Program-made: the position numbers and the translations under genes
Shown here: positions 63,512 to 64,000 of the stretch, one piece after another
Numbering within the stretch: position 1 is the first letter of the stretch
Layout: every line of letters begins with the position of its first letter
Assembly: GCA_049519355.1 (NCBI GenBank)
Contig: JBEKQV010000003.1
Span: 83,646-147,645, forward strand
Direction: 5' to 3'
Length of the DNA: 64,000 nt
DNA from: Candidatus Microgenomates bacterium
Lineage (GTDB): Bacteria; Patescibacteriota; Microgenomatia; UBA8517
The notes under the pieces: model-generated
What the model was told of the DNA's origin: nothing
Databases searched by the model: none
What the model saw: only the letters and a program-made list of their open reading frames with translations

Positions 63512-64000
63512 TTAACTCCGGATGAGCTTTCTAAATCTGTAGAATTCCATTACCCTGAGTCCGGTATATTTACCCAAAATCAGATCCGCCGCCGCAACCA
63601 GAATCAGAGAAACCTCCGGATTAAGAAGAACATATTGCTGCAAGGGTTGGAATGTTAGGAACAAGAATGAAATTAAAGACAAAAGAAGTGTCTCAAAAGT
63701 TAGATTTAAGGCGGTTTTAACGCTTTTACCAAGCTGTACTCTGGTAAAGTCCTCTGCCAAAAGCACCAGGAAAAGAACGGCGAAGATAGAAACGTTGGCA
63801 AGGTCCGAAAAATTAAGAACCGGCGCTAGGAATAGAACCCCCAAAACCCCGAGGACCACAGCCCAAAGAATGAACGCCATCCTCGGCAGATATTGGAGCT
63901 TGACCTTAAGCTTCCTGAGAATCATCCTCATGGCAGTTGAGACGACTACAATAACCAGGAAAAGTCCGATTCCGACGATTGGACCTGTCGCTACAAAAAC
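63512..64000 (-). CDS. Partial: C-terminal region of a polytopic membrane protein, candidate 7TM_transglut-type protein; the ORF continues beyond the right window edge
   Basis: The frame stays open to base 64000 (…VFVATGPIVGIGLFLVIVVVSTAMRMILRKLK…). At least 4 TM helices, then YTGLRVMEFYRFRKLIRS*. 5-bp gap to the ATPgrasp_ST gene. Confidence 0.4.
   Translation of the reverse strand, partial: VFVATGPIVGIGLFLVIVVVSTAMRMILRKLKVKLQYLPRMAFILWAVVLGVLGVLFLAPVLNFSDLANVSIFAVLFLVLLAEDFTRVQLGKSVKTALNLTFETLLLSLISFLFLTFQPLQQYVLLNPEVSLILVAAADLILGKYTGLRVMEFYRFRKLIRS

Noticed and set aside
1-64000. CRISPR arrays, transposases/IS elements, integrases, prophage genes
   Set aside because: I scanned for regularly spaced direct repeats and for DDE/tyrosine-recombinase-like proteins and found none. 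The only repeat-like element is the GC-rich palindrome inside rnhB.

Overview
The window reads as a chromosomal segment of an AT-rich, small-genome bacterium. Gene content suggests a CPR/Patescibacteria-like organism: very short EF-Ts, a split formiminotransferase/cyclodeaminase, a ProRS lacking the editing domain, and many secreted or membrane hypotheticals, yet mreB/PBP2/peptidoglycan-type genes are present. Coding density is high on both strands.

Conserved backbone genes:
- Replication, repair and topology: cysS, recR-ybaB-dnaX, topA, rnhB.
- Translation and tRNA: ybeY, proS, frr-tsf-rpsB, def-fmt, queA, rpmB, rpmG, rpsU.
- Cell shape and envelope: rseP, mrdA-mreB.
- Ribosomal operon: secE-nusG-rplK-rplA-rplJ-rplL.
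- tRNAs: Tyr(GTA), Thr(TGT), Thr(GGT) and a Trp(CCA) that the ORF track cannot show.

The rplJ leader carries a clear promoter plus attenuator hairpin, and a rho-independent terminator follows rplL.

Accessory or unusual content:
1. An extracytoplasmic flavin/redox module: VKOR, a membrane FNR-like oxidoreductase, the ApbE flavin transferase, and a secreted FMN-binding protein with an SGAT flavinylation motif.
2. A dTTP-oriented nucleotide cluster: tmk, a long RHR-motif ThyX-like protein, a MazG-like enzyme, a P-loop kinase, and dCMP deaminase.
3. About 9 kb inserted between tRNA-Trp and secE. It carries two Ddl-family ATP-grasp ligases around a papain/C39-like peptidase, a TagD-like cytidylyltransferase, an MFS transporter, and gmd.
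4. Where rpoBC is expected after rplL, a tight five-gene minus-strand operon: a 7TM protein, an ATPgrasp_ST ligase fused to a DTGA retropepsin-like domain, a RimK-type ligase, a CphA-like ATP-grasp, and a 563-aa HExxxH metallopeptidase-like protein that I infer to be DUF1704/MATCAP-like. This is the best candidate for a new peptide-tag ligase/eraser system.
5. rnhB carries a GC-rich, palindromic, in-frame insertion of about 90 bp.

No CRISPR array, transposase or prophage genes were recognised.
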